A stretch of 64,000 nt of DNA from Minisyncoccota bacterium (GTDB taxonomy: Bacteria > Patescibacteriota > Minisyncoccia > Phycocordibacterales > JABMNX01), in the NCBI GenBank assembly GCA_965222715.1, contig OZ244961.1, positions 12,172 to 76,171 of the forward strand, given 5' to 3'. This document shows, piece after piece, positions 9,813 to 18,191 of the stretch. Numbering within the stretch: the first letter of the stretch is position 1; the number at the start of each line of letters is the position of its first letter. The position numbers and the translations under genes were made by a program. Under the pieces are notes generated by a model, which was given only the letters and a program-made list of their open reading frames with translations, did no database searches and was not told where the DNA came from.

Positions 9813-10212
9813 AGACCCGACCACCCAGAGTTTTTAAAGGACACTTTATCCACAGAAGTGTCCTTTACATGTCCTTTATGAGTAGTACACTGTACTCAGG
9901 TAGTTCTTTACAGTTCTTTCTGAAGAGCTTCCTTGTGAACTGGCTCAAGTGATACGCGTAACCCAGCAATACGTTTATCTGCAATTATAGAGTCAATTTT
10001 GTGTCATCAGAGATATTACGTCACTGCGTCACGTTACTTCACTAGAAGAGTTCACACACAAGTCGCTTACTGCGATGTCTGGTTTTTGCCCAATCTCCAC
10101 CCAGGTCCGCACTAAGCGGCTTATTTTTATCTCCGTATACTTGACAGATATATATTTTTAATACATAGTTTGTATAGACAGCAGCTCTACCCGTGGTTTT
10201 CGCCACTTATGT

Positions 10213-10683
10213 TTGGAGGGTATGATGCAGACAGAAAAAATCACTACCGATACTTCGGTCATCGTTGCGCCCTATGGCGCTACGGGTTTGGTCTTGGTAA
10301 TGGACCCAAAATACTCAGATTCTCGACTCAAATTCCCCGGTGGGAGTGTTGAGCCTGGTGAGACTCCAGAAGAAGGAGCGCTTCGAGAACTTGAGGAGGA
10401 GACAGGTATCACCGCCTCGATTGAGGATCTTGTATTTCAGTTCGCTGAAGAGCGAGACACCACTCACCCGCACACCAGACTCTTTTTCAGTCTTGATTTC
10501 GGACATGCGTCTGTATGGGACATGGGAATGAAAAACCATACTCGAGGAGAAGTGACCAAAACAGGAGAGATCCCCTATCTCATTCCCCACATAACACCGT
10601 TTCATGAAATCCCCATGTTGGGAAACCATAGAGACCTACTCCTCTATTTAGTGCAGAGAAATAATCCGAATGTTTCAAACTAA
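10213..10683 (+). CDS. NUDIX hydrolase
   Basis: Nudix box GGSVEPGETPEEGALRELEEETGI. Confidence 0.8.
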   Translation: MEGMMQTEKITTDTSVIVAPYGATGLVLVMDPKYSDSRLKFPGGSVEPGETPEEGALRELEEETGITASIEDLVFQFAEERDTTHPHTRLFFSLDFGHASVWDMGMKNHTRGEVTKTGEIPYLIPHITPFHEIPMLGNHRDLLLYLVQRNNPNVSN

Positions 10684-10713
10684 AGCGTCAACGTAGCAAT
10701 ACGTAGGACGCTT

Positions 10714-12234
10714 TTATTTTTTCTTTTGAGTACCCCCTTTTATATTCTCAGCAACACCATGTTTTTTATGAATCTGTGTTACCGCATCTTCTTCCATTTG
10801 TTCGCGTCGTCGCTTCCCTCCTTCTCCGTGTGCTCGAAGACTTTCTTCAGGAAGTTCGCTGAGCTCAACTGCACGCTTTTCAAGATAGGTTGCTTCGTTT
10901 CGTTTTGGGTCATCAAGCACTTCTTCTAAGAGTGCGTGTAGAATATAGCCAACCCGTGGTCCAGCACTTTCTTTAGTAACCTCCATTACACGAGCGCCGT
11001 CAATTTTGAGCATTCCCACAGAAATTGGGTCGCGAAGGGCTTCTTCAACCATTGCTTTATACTTTCTAAAGCGAAATGGTTGTGCTTTCGGCCGACCTGA
11101 ACCAATACGATCACAAATGCGGAGTTTCAAAAGATCCCAAATGTTCTCTTCTCCAACATTACGGATCATCCGCCGTACTGCAGAGAGTGTAATCTTATCT
11201 GGATCAGAAAAAAACATATGCCATCGCACCATTTTTACCAATTTTTCTACTTGTTTTTTAGGAAGTTTTAGGTCGTTAAATGCTTTTTTAGAAATACGAG
11301 CACCAACTACTTCGTGTCCGTAAAACGTCCAATCTTCCTTCTCTGGTGACCATCGGCGTGTCTCTGGTTTTGAAATATCATGGTAAAGTCCGGCAAGTCG
11401 AATATCTACATTCCAGTTCATGTCTGCCCCGTGCTGCATGGTGCGTAGAAGATGCTCAAATACGTCGTATTCATGTGCTTGGTTCTGCTCCACACCAATG
11501 CCACGCTCAAGATCAGGTGCAAAGTACGGCACAAGTCCAAGTTTTTGTGCTATCACAATTGCGTGCATCGGATTGTCTGATTTAAGAATACGTAAAAATT
11601 CATCTCGGATACGTTCCTTTGAAATTTTTTCAAGTTGCTGAGCATTTTTTAGAATCGCTTGAGCAGTATCTGGGTCAATAGTGAAATTGAGTTCTGCTGA
11701 AAGACGAATAGCTCGAAGCATGCGCAGCGCATCTTCTTCAAACCGCTCATGGGGGTCCCCCACCGCACGAATAGTTTTCCGCTTGATGTCTTCGCGACCT
11801 TCGTATAGGTCTACCAACTCTCCTGTTTGCGGACTATATGCGAGTGCATTAATTGTAAAGTCGCGACGCTTGAGATCATCAGTTAATTTTTGTGAATACT
11901 CAACCGTATCTGGGCGTCGCGCGTCTGAGTACGTTGTTTCAAGTCGATATGGAGTCACTTCAACCACTTTCAAATGTTCATTTTCGGTCTCATTTACCAC
12001 ACCGACAGTACCAAAATCATTTTCATAAAATGTCTCCTCAAAGAGCTCTTGAATTTTCTCTGGTGTGGCATTCGTCGTAATATCCCAATCCTTAGGAACT
12101 CTCCCGATAAGTAGATCTCGCACACATCCACCGACAAGATATACCTCAAAACCCCCTTGCTCAAGTGTTTGAGCAACAGCACGGATTTCTTGCGGCACTT
12201 GAGACGCCGCTATCTGTTGTGTTGGAGTTGACAT
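10714..12234 (-). CDS. cca: CCA-adding tRNA nucleotidyltransferase with HD domain
   Basis: GGCVRDLLIGRVPKDWDITTNATPE head motif; HD region HDISK; about 500 aa. Confidence 0.85.
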   Translation of the reverse strand: MSTPTQQIAASQVPQEIRAVAQTLEQGGFEVYLVGGCVRDLLIGRVPKDWDITTNATPEKIQELFEETFYENDFGTVGVVNETENEHLKVVEVTPYRLETTYSDARRPDTVEYSQKLTDDLKRRDFTINALAYSPQTGELVDLYEGREDIKRKTIRAVGDPHERFEEDALRMLRAIRLSAELNFTIDPDTAQAILKNAQQLEKISKERIRDEFLRILKSDNPMHAIVIAQKLGLVPYFAPDLERGIGVEQNQAHEYDVFEHLLRTMQHGADMNWNVDIRLAGLYHDISKPETRRWSPEKEDWTFYGHEVVGARISKKAFNDLKLPKKQVEKLVKMVRWHMFFSDPDKITLSAVRRMIRNVGEENIWDLLKLRICDRIGSGRPKAQPFRFRKYKAMVEEALRDPISVGMLKIDGARVMEVTKESAGPRVGYILHALLEEVLDDPKRNEATYLEKRAVELSELPEESLRAHGEGGKRRREQMEEDAVTQIHKKHGVAENIKGGTQKKK

Positions 12235-12302
12235 ACCGACATTCTATTACATATTTGGTGCATACGCGAATATATCGTATACTTACCGCTGTTAGACGAA
12301 TA

Positions 12303-12374
12303 GCCCCTGTGGTGAAATGGATATCACAACGGTCTTCGGAACCGTTATTCTGGGTTCGAATCCTGGCGGGGGCA
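12303..12374 (+). tRNA. tRNA-Arg (anticodon TCG)
   Basis: Manual cloverleaf: acceptor GCCCCTG/CGGGGGC, D-stem GTGA/TCAC, anticodon stem ACGGT/ACCGT with loop CTTCGGA, T-loop TTCGAAT. CCA not encoded. Confidence 0.85.
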
Positions 12375-12377
12375 TGG

Positions 12378-12415
12378 TAAAACAAAAACGGCTCACACGA
12401 GCCGTTTTTGTTTTG
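12378..12415 (+). terminator. Rho-independent terminator AAAACGGCTC-acac-GAGCCGTTTT
   Basis: Perfect 10-bp stem flanked by A- and T-runs. Confidence 0.6.
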
Positions 12416-12684
12416 CTACTTTCTCTAGCGAGGATTCGAACGGAACTTTTGCGCCGAAGGAATAAGCAAAAGTCCGTGGCTCTGGAGGAGTATTGCGAGT
12501 GTATTGTGAACACCTGGAACAATACGAGCAATGCGGAGGAAGAGGAATCCTGGTAGGAGGTACTTAACGAATCAGAGCACGGAGTGCGAATGATGAGTTT
12601 AGTAACCTGACGCCTTGTGCCTAGTAACCATGGTTATAACTCGTGACCGAACCCTGGCATATCAAGGCCACACTACCTCATTTG
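12416..12684 (+). ncRNA. candidate structured ncRNA of unknown class (RNase P-like CR-I/CR-V-like motifs; possible reduced rnpB)
   Basis: 270-nt ORF-free stretch between two tRNAs; AAAGTCCGTGGCTC and GAACCCTGGCATATC resemble RNase P P4-flanking strands; several local hairpins. Confidence 0.3.
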
Positions 12685-12755
12685 TGCGATCACGGGGAAT
12701 CGAACCCCGATCTGCGCCTTGGCAAGGCGCCGTTCTACCACTAAACTATGATCGC
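12685..12755 (-). tRNA. tRNA-Gly (anticodon GCC)
   Basis: Reverse complement GCGATCATAGTTTAGTGGTAGAACGGCGCCTTGCCAAGGCGCAGATCGGGGTTCGATTCCCCGTGATCGCA folds as a canonical cloverleaf. Confidence 0.85.
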
Positions 12756-12758
12756 ATT

Positions 12759-13445
12759 CTACATACCAGATTTTAGTATAAATCCAGGTAAAAGGTCCAG
12801 CCATATTAACATCTTCTCTTTTAAATACCTACTTGAAACCACAAGTGTACACGTACCATACGGTAGACGTCTTGTTTTATGCTTACTAGGCAAAATCATA
12901 GTTTTTGTAAAGTGTTGTAAACCTGTTTCTTTTGACCAAAATATGCGACATTCTTCCTCATTCAAATCTGGGTAGATGAACAAAGCTCCCTTTATTCTAT
13001 TTTCAGGGAAATTACAGATTTCTATAAGAAATTTGAAGAAAATACTAATCATACCAGGATCTGTGTTAGTAATACGCACCAGGTGTTTTGACCGTTTGTC
13101 TCCCTCACCCCAGTACGCAGCAATTGCAAAGATGAAGAGAGGATCTTTTTTAAACTGATTAAACTCAGTCATGGCTTCTTGTCGTGCAATCTCATATTCT
13201 TTTTTCAGCTTCTCACCTCGAATTTTATTCAAGTTTTTTATGCGTATTCTGTGTTCAATGCGAGCAATTTTTAAATTTCGTTCAGTAATCTTCTTTGACC
13301 ACTTCTTCTTCTGTAACCAACCTGACAAGGTGCTTTTTGGCACCCCTAGCTCTTTATGTATCTCATTAAAAGACTTTCCTTTTTTCCTAAGCTCAAACGC
13401 TTTTTGTTTGTCTGATCTCATATTTACTACATTAGCATAAAACAT
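12759..13445 (-). CDS. hypothetical protein with N-terminal IS630/Psq-like HTH; possible decayed mobile-element protein
   Basis: KGKSFNEIHKELGVPKSTLSGWLQK HTH; C-terminal domain unassigned (IAAYWGEGDK only vaguely LAGLIDADG-like); abuts tRNA-Gly. Confidence 0.45.
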   Translation of the reverse strand: MFYANVVNMRSDKQKAFELRKKGKSFNEIHKELGVPKSTLSGWLQKKKWSKKITERNLKIARIEHRIRIKNLNKIRGEKLKKEYEIARQEAMTEFNQFKKDPLFIFAIAAYWGEGDKRSKHLVRITNTDPGMISIFFKFLIEICNFPENRIKGALFIYPDLNEEECRIFWSKETGLQHFTKTMILPSKHKTRRLPYGTCTLVVSSRYLKEKMLIWLDLLPGFILKSGM

Positions 13446-13771
13446 GAGTTCGGATTACTCGTCTAAAGGACATACATCACTGCTCTTTAGTATTGAAAAA
13501 CACTCTACCCGTCAAAGCTTTGTAATAGCTTTATAAAAAGCCATATTATAAAAAATATGTTAATTTCTGGGGATAGTGGTGTGAATAGCATAAATTAAAG
13601 GACATTTTATAACGTGTCTTTTACAAAAATACGGCTTTTTAAAGCCATATTTTTGTGTCTTTAATTCTTTAATGACTTATACACAGAAAATGTTTCACGT
13701 GAAACATTAAGTATGTATTCATTGTATGTTACACGTGGAACACAAACTAGTTTTGGTGTATACTTACTGGC

Positions 13772-14371
13772 ATGAATATTCATAATCTCCTTGATTTCAT
13801 CTCACTCACTATCAAATTTCGTGATGTTGAACGAAAAATATACGCCACAGGGACTACTCGAAACGAAAATGATGCAGAACACAGCTACCAACTCGCTATG
13901 CTTGCTTGGTACATACTTTCACAGGGTAATTATTCTTTAGATCTACACAAGGTCTTACGTTACGCACTCATCCATGATTTTGTGGAAGTATATGCTGGAG
14001 ATGCATGGTTTTACCGCTCAAAAGAAGAATCACGGAAGAAAGAAGCACTTGAGGCAGAATCTGCACAGCGTCTCCAAAAAGAATTCCCTGAATTTACTGA
14101 TTTTCATGAGACAATAGCTGACTACGAAAAACGCCAAGATCCAGAAAGTCGCTTTGTATACGCATTAGATAAACTTATTCCAATTCTCAATGTATATCTT
14201 GACGGTGGTAAGAATTGGAAAAAACACGGTGTTACTTTCGATGCTCTTCTCGAGGCCAAAACATCGAAGATTAAAGTATCTCCTGAAGTAGAGCCATTTT
14301 ATCAAGAACTACTCAGTATTTTAAAGGAACATAAAGATATGTTTCATGTGGAACATACTAAAGAAAAGTAG
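13772..14371 (+). CDS. HD-domain phosphohydrolase (YfbR-like 5'-deoxynucleotidase family)
   Basis: NDAEHSYQLAMLA ... LIHDFVEVYAGD (H..HD..D metal ligands). Confidence 0.75.
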   Translation: MNIHNLLDFISLTIKFRDVERKIYATGTTRNENDAEHSYQLAMLAWYILSQGNYSLDLHKVLRYALIHDFVEVYAGDAWFYRSKEESRKKEALEAESAQRLQKEFPEFTDFHETIADYEKRQDPESRFVYALDKLIPILNVYLDGGKNWKKHGVTFDALLEAKTSKIKVSPEVEPFYQELLSILKEHKDMFHVEHTKEK

Positions 14372-14765
14372 AAAAAAAGAGACCAAAAAGCAGCAAATTG
14401 GTCGTATTGGAGAAGACAGCGCTTGTATGTTTCTCATGAAACAAGGCTTTAGGATACTCGAGCGGAATTATTGGAAGAAATGGGGAGAGATAGATATTAT
14501 TGGAGAAAACAAGGGTGTTTTGCATTTTATAGAAGTGAAAACTGTTTCACGTGAAAACATTAGGTTTGTTACACGAGAAACACTAGATGAGTACCGACCT
14601 GAAGAAAATGTACACCCAAAGAAGCTTGAGCGGCTTCATCGAACTATAGAAACATATTTGCTTGAGAAGAAATACGAAGGGGAGTGGCAGTTAGATGTAG
14701 TGGCAGTATTTCTAGATAGTAAAAATAGGGAAGCGAAATGTCGGATTATCGAGAATGTAGTATAA
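14346..14765 (+). CDS. YraN/UPF0102 family predicted endonuclease
   Basis: GRIGEDSACMFLMKQGFRILERNYWKKWGEIDIIG ... matches the UPF0102 pattern; overlaps the HD gene by 26 nt. Confidence 0.75.
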   Translation: MWNILKKSRKKETKKQQIGRIGEDSACMFLMKQGFRILERNYWKKWGEIDIIGENKGVLHFIEVKTVSRENIRFVTRETLDEYRPEENVHPKKLERLHRTIETYLLEKKYEGEWQLDVVAVFLDSKNREAKCRIIENVV

Positions 14766-14890
14766 AGGACAAATTATGTCTTTTATAATGTCCTTTATAC
14801 GTAGTTCCACACGAAACACCTCTTTGTAACCTTCTTTCTTATTTCTGGTTTTAAATAGTAAAAGAACAAAAACAAGGAGGTGATACGTTT

Positions 14891-14953
14891 GAGCGAAATT
14901 TCTATCATATTGATTCTTTTGTTTCTTATCATACGAGAACTAAAGGTATAATC
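14891..14953 (+). CDS. candidate 20-aa hydrophobic micro-protein (LSEISIILILLFLIIRELKV, TTG start)
   Basis: AAGGAGGTGA Shine-Dalgarno 6 nt upstream; terminator hairpin AAATCCCGACC-aact-GGTCGGGATTT immediately after. Confidence 0.3.
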
Positions 14954-15012
14954 ACGAAATCCCGACCAACTGGTCGGGATTTGACGTTTATTTAATACCG
15001 TACTTCATTAGT

Positions 15013-15093
15013 GGCTAACAAAATAGCCTTATAGGCTATTTTGTTAGTTCAAGTTTGTCGATATAGCTATCGACAAACAGTCCACAGGACTGT
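15013..15093. repeat. Three consecutive perfect hairpins (15-bp, 11-bp and 7-bp stems) between the micro-ORF and tRNA-Pro
   Basis: CTAACAAAATAGCCT-tat-AGGCTATTTTGTTAG; GTTTGTCGATA-tagc-TATCGACAAAC; ACAGTCC-aca-GGACTGT. Confidence 0.6.
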
Positions 15094-15094
15094 T

Positions 15095-15165
15095 TGTCGG
15101 GGAGCCGGGAATCGAACCCGGGCCACTCGCTCCCAAAGCGAGCACACTACCATTATGCTACACCC
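15095..15165 (-). tRNA. tRNA-Pro (anticodon TGG)
   Basis: Reverse complement CGGGGTGTAGCATAATGGTAGTGTGCTCGCTTTGGGAGCGAGTGGCCCGGGTTCGATTCCCGGCTCCCCGA; anticodon loop TTTGGGA; one T-T mismatch in the acceptor stem. Confidence 0.8.
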
Positions 15166-15263
15166 CGTTTTGTACCCATATAATAAGTACGCTAACTGGC
15201 AAATTGTACCACACCATAACCATTTATCTAGTCACATAAACCATACATATACCTAGTCATTTT

Positions 15264-16361
15264 TTGAGTAAGGATAAGTTTGTTACAATAGCGTATATGA
15301 ATATTCCATTTATTGGTCAAGTAGACCGTTTCACAGAGTTTCTAGGGAACTCAATTCAAGACTATGTTATTGCTCTTGGCGTGTTTGTAGTAGCTGTCGT
15401 TATTATAAAAATTATCCAGGTCATACTGCTACACCGACTAGCCGCTTTAGCTAAAAAGACCAAAACTGATATTGACGACACACTTATTCGAGTTATTCGA
15501 AGTCTTAAACCAGCATTTTATTATGTCTTTGGTCTATGGATAGCACTCCAATATGTTGCACTTTCTGGTGCGGTTGATCAATTTGTTAATGCGATTCTCA
15601 TTATTGCCGTTGCGTATCAGGTCGTTACTGCACTTCACATTCTGATTGATTACACCTTTGAGAAACGAGCTCAAAAAGAGGGGAAGGAGGGCAAGAACGC
15701 ATACCGCTTCCTTGGAAACGTTATCAAATGGAGTTTGTGGATTGTGGCGATTCTCGCGGTACTCTCAAACCTCGGTATTAATATCACCTCACTTATCGCA
15801 GGGCTTGGTATTGGTGGTATTGCTGTTGCACTCGCAATGCAAAACATCCTCTCAGACCTTTTTAGTTCCTTTGCCATTTACTTTGATAAACCATTTGAGG
15901 TAGGGGACTTCATTATGGTTGGTGAAAACTCAGGAACGGTTGAGCGAATTGGTATTAAGACGACTCGCCTTCGAGCACTCCAAGGAGAAGAGATTGTCAT
16001 TTCAAACAAAGAATTGACGTCGGCCCGGATTCAAAACATGAAAAAAATGGAAGAACGTCGAGCTACCTTCACGCTTGGAGTGGTATATGGAACACCAATT
16101 GAGAAAATTAAAGCAATTCCTCAGATGATAGAAGAAATTTTCTCTACACTACCTGAAGGAAGTGCGCGTCTTGAGCGAGTACACTTCTCCAGGCTCGCTG
16201 ACTCATCTATTAATTTTGAAACTGTGTACTATATACCGACTCGTGAGTACATTGAATACATGGATACCCAACAAGAAATCAATCTCAAGATTATGGAGCG
16301 ATTTGAGAAAGAAAAGATTGAGTTTGCCTACCCAACACAGACGGTACACGTAGTGAAATAG
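15264..16361 (+). CDS. MscS-family mechanosensitive channel
   Basis: TM domain followed by PFEVGDFIMVGENSGTVERIGIKTTRLRALQGEEIVISN beta-domain signature. Confidence 0.85.
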   Translation: MSKDKFVTIAYMNIPFIGQVDRFTEFLGNSIQDYVIALGVFVVAVVIIKIIQVILLHRLAALAKKTKTDIDDTLIRVIRSLKPAFYYVFGLWIALQYVALSGAVDQFVNAILIIAVAYQVVTALHILIDYTFEKRAQKEGKEGKNAYRFLGNVIKWSLWIVAILAVLSNLGINITSLIAGLGIGGIAVALAMQNILSDLFSSFAIYFDKPFEVGDFIMVGENSGTVERIGIKTTRLRALQGEEIVISNKELTSARIQNMKKMEERRATFTLGVVYGTPIEKIKAIPQMIEEIFSTLPEGSARLERVHFSRLADSSINFETVYYIPTREYIEYMDTQQEINLKIMERFEKEKIEFAYPTQTVHVVK

Positions 16362-16381
16362 TCTTCTAAGTAAAGAATATA

Positions 16382-17602
16382 TTATTTTGCTAGCTCATTA
16401 ACCAGAAGTGAGGTAAGTGCTGGTGCAGTATGTAGGTTAAAAAGGGTTGACTTAACCACAAGATCACCAAAGAGAAGCGCCTCAACACTACTATTCTCTT
16501 GTTGTGTGAGGCTTCTGTTAACGTGACCAAGTGAGATCGCTCGTAAATCACGTTCTGCGGTAGTTTCAGCGCGGGTCGTGGTCACAATCACTCCAATCAG
16601 TTTTCCTTCATCTGATACTGCAGCACCTCCTGATGAGCCACCTTGTGAGACAACAGTTCCTCCAACAGAGAAGAGGTCAACTGTTTGTGCAAGAAACGTA
16701 AAACGATTGCCAACTGTTGCAATACTTGATACTCGAAACAAATCTTTTTCTACCGTTGCACCACTAATGAAGCCAGCAGGGTAGGCTGCAACCAGTACTT
16801 GGTCTCCAGTCTCGATAGCACTACTTGTTGTATCAATTGGTACGTATGGAAATTCATTTGGGAGTGATGCACTTGGATTGGTACGGCCAGTAATACGCAA
16901 AAATGCATAATCATGTTCTCCTGTTCCGGTTGGCTCAGATTCGGTAATTTCAGACGCGTGTTCAGAGACCCATACCGGAGGAATGTAGAGCAATTCTGCG
17001 GTATACGTTGCTCGTGCTGGGCTTCCTGAGCGCAAAATACACGAAAGCGCGTTTTTTGTAGGGTAGTTTTTGAGAAGAAAATACTGCGCAACATGAGCGT
17101 TGGTCACCACCACCCCTCGTGGATCAACAATAACGCCACTACCAGTGATAGGAGTCACTGCAGTCGCAGTATTTTGTGTACAAAATACATTCACCAATGC
17201 TTCTTTAGTATCTATATTTATAGTTGAAAAGGAGAGGGGAGCATCTTGTGAAGTTGTGGGGAGTATTTCATCAATCTCAGTATCAGATGTTGGTATGTCC
17301 TCAGTCGCAATTTCGGTACTTGGTGTAGTTTCAGGTTCTTCATCTTCTACTAGTCCTTCTTCTATATCTTGAGGGGTAGTTGAGTCATTGCCCTCTGACT
17401 CTTCTGGTGCAGGTATGTTGGGTATAGGGGCCACAGGAACATTTTCTTCAATAGTAGCCACAGAACTGGAGTCTTCAATAGGGTCGTGAGGTTGTGGTGT
17501 GGGGGGTTCTGAGACTGATCCAAGCCCAAGTGCTGTTGCTATAGCAACAACACCAACAATAATGCGGGAAATAACTACTTGAATAAGTGGCAAAAATGGC
17601 AT
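16382..17602 (-). CDS. membrane-anchored trypsin-like (S1 family) serine protease with acidic low-complexity linker
   Basis: GSGVIVDPRGVVVTNAHV (His), GGSSGGAAV (Ser) catalytic motifs; N-terminal TM; E/P/T-rich region. Confidence 0.75.
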   Translation of the reverse strand: MPFLPLIQVVISRIIVGVVAIATALGLGSVSEPPTPQPHDPIEDSSSVATIEENVPVAPIPNIPAPEESEGNDSTTPQDIEEGLVEDEEPETTPSTEIATEDIPTSDTEIDEILPTTSQDAPLSFSTINIDTKEALVNVFCTQNTATAVTPITGSGVIVDPRGVVVTNAHVAQYFLLKNYPTKNALSCILRSGSPARATYTAELLYIPPVWVSEHASEITESEPTGTGEHDYAFLRITGRTNPSASLPNEFPYVPIDTTSSAIETGDQVLVAAYPAGFISGATVEKDLFRVSSIATVGNRFTFLAQTVDLFSVGGTVVSQGGSSGGAAVSDEGKLIGVIVTTTRAETTAERDLRAISLGHVNRSLTQQENSSVEALLFGDLVVKSTLFNLHTAPALTSLLVNELAK

Positions 17603-17695
17603 AGTGAGGTCAGTATAGCACTAAAATACCCTTATAACAGTTGGGTATTCCAGGCACACACTCTCTTTGACATATATTTCTAATTATTGCGTGAT

Positions 17696-17729
17696 ATTGA
17701 CAAATCTATACAATCCTGTATACTTGTAG
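17696..17729 (+). promoter_or_regulatory. Near-consensus sigma70 promoter TTGACA-16-TATACT
   Basis: Read directly upstream of the small ORF at 17796. Confidence 0.45.
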
Positions 17730-17795
17730 ACATAGCTTGGGTTTAGCCCAGCTTTTTGTTTAACAGCGCTGTATGTAATCCTATAAGGGTTATAT

Positions 17796-17936
17796 ATGGC
17801 TAAGACAAAAGAAAATTCTATGACTTTCGTATTTGACGGAGAAGGAATGGAGAACGAAGGAGTAGCAACTCCAGAAGCTCCAGCAACTGAGGGAACTCAG
17901 GAAAACGAAGGAGAAGGAGAAGCTGCAACTGAGTAG
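17796..17936 (+). CDS. hypothetical 46-aa acidic protein
   Basis: Not in the ORF track (<60 aa); strong promoter upstream and terminator ACAACCCCCGCGATTGCGGGGGTTGT downstream. Confidence 0.4.
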   Translation: MAKTKENSMTFVFDGEGMENEGVATPEAPATEGTQENEGEGEAATE

Positions 17937-18019
17937 TTTCAACTCTCTTTAACACACAACCCCCGCGATTGCGGGGGTTGTGTGTTTTTGGTACGATTAC
18001 ATTCGTTCTATAAAAACTT

Positions 18020-18056
18020 GCGGGTATAGTTTAGTGGTAGAATGACTGCATTCTGT
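18020..18056 (+). pseudogene. tRNA 5'-half fragment (acceptor GCGGGTA, D-arm, anticodon stem 5' strand; loop ATTCTGT)
   Basis: Aligns with the 5' half of the adjacent tRNA-Gly but lacks a 3' anticodon-stem strand. Confidence 0.6.
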
Positions 18057-18072
18057 ACCTCGAGTAGTAAGT

Positions 18073-18143
18073 GCGGGATTAGTTTAATGGTAGAATGACT
18101 GCCTTCCAAGCAGTAGATGGGAGTTCGATTCTCCCATCCCGCA
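18073..18143 (+). tRNA. tRNA-Gly (anticodon TCC)
   Basis: GCGGGATTAGTTTAATGGTAGAATGACTGCCTTCCAAGCAGTAGATGGGAGTTCGATTCTCCCATCCCGCA folds as a canonical cloverleaf. Confidence 0.85.
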
Positions 18144-18191
18144 CTTAACACTCGAGGGCAAGCAGGAAAAACAGTGCTTAAGCACTGTTTT

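Noticed and set aside
12416-12684. tmRNA (ssrA) reading: plus-strand stretch GCG AAT GAT GAG TTT AGT AAC CTG ACG CCT TGT GCC TAG TAA encodes ANDEFSNLTPCA** (tag-like start, double stop)
   Set aside because: There is no GGGG 5' acceptor and no T-arm/CCA 3' end. No tRNA-like domain can be assembled on either strand in standard or permuted order. The tag also ends atypically (PCA rather than ALAA).
12759-13445. LAGLIDADG homing endonuclease assignment for the HTH protein (IAAYWGEGDK)
   Set aside because: The motif register does not align convincingly with LAGLIDADG. Only the IS630/Psq-like HTH is reported.
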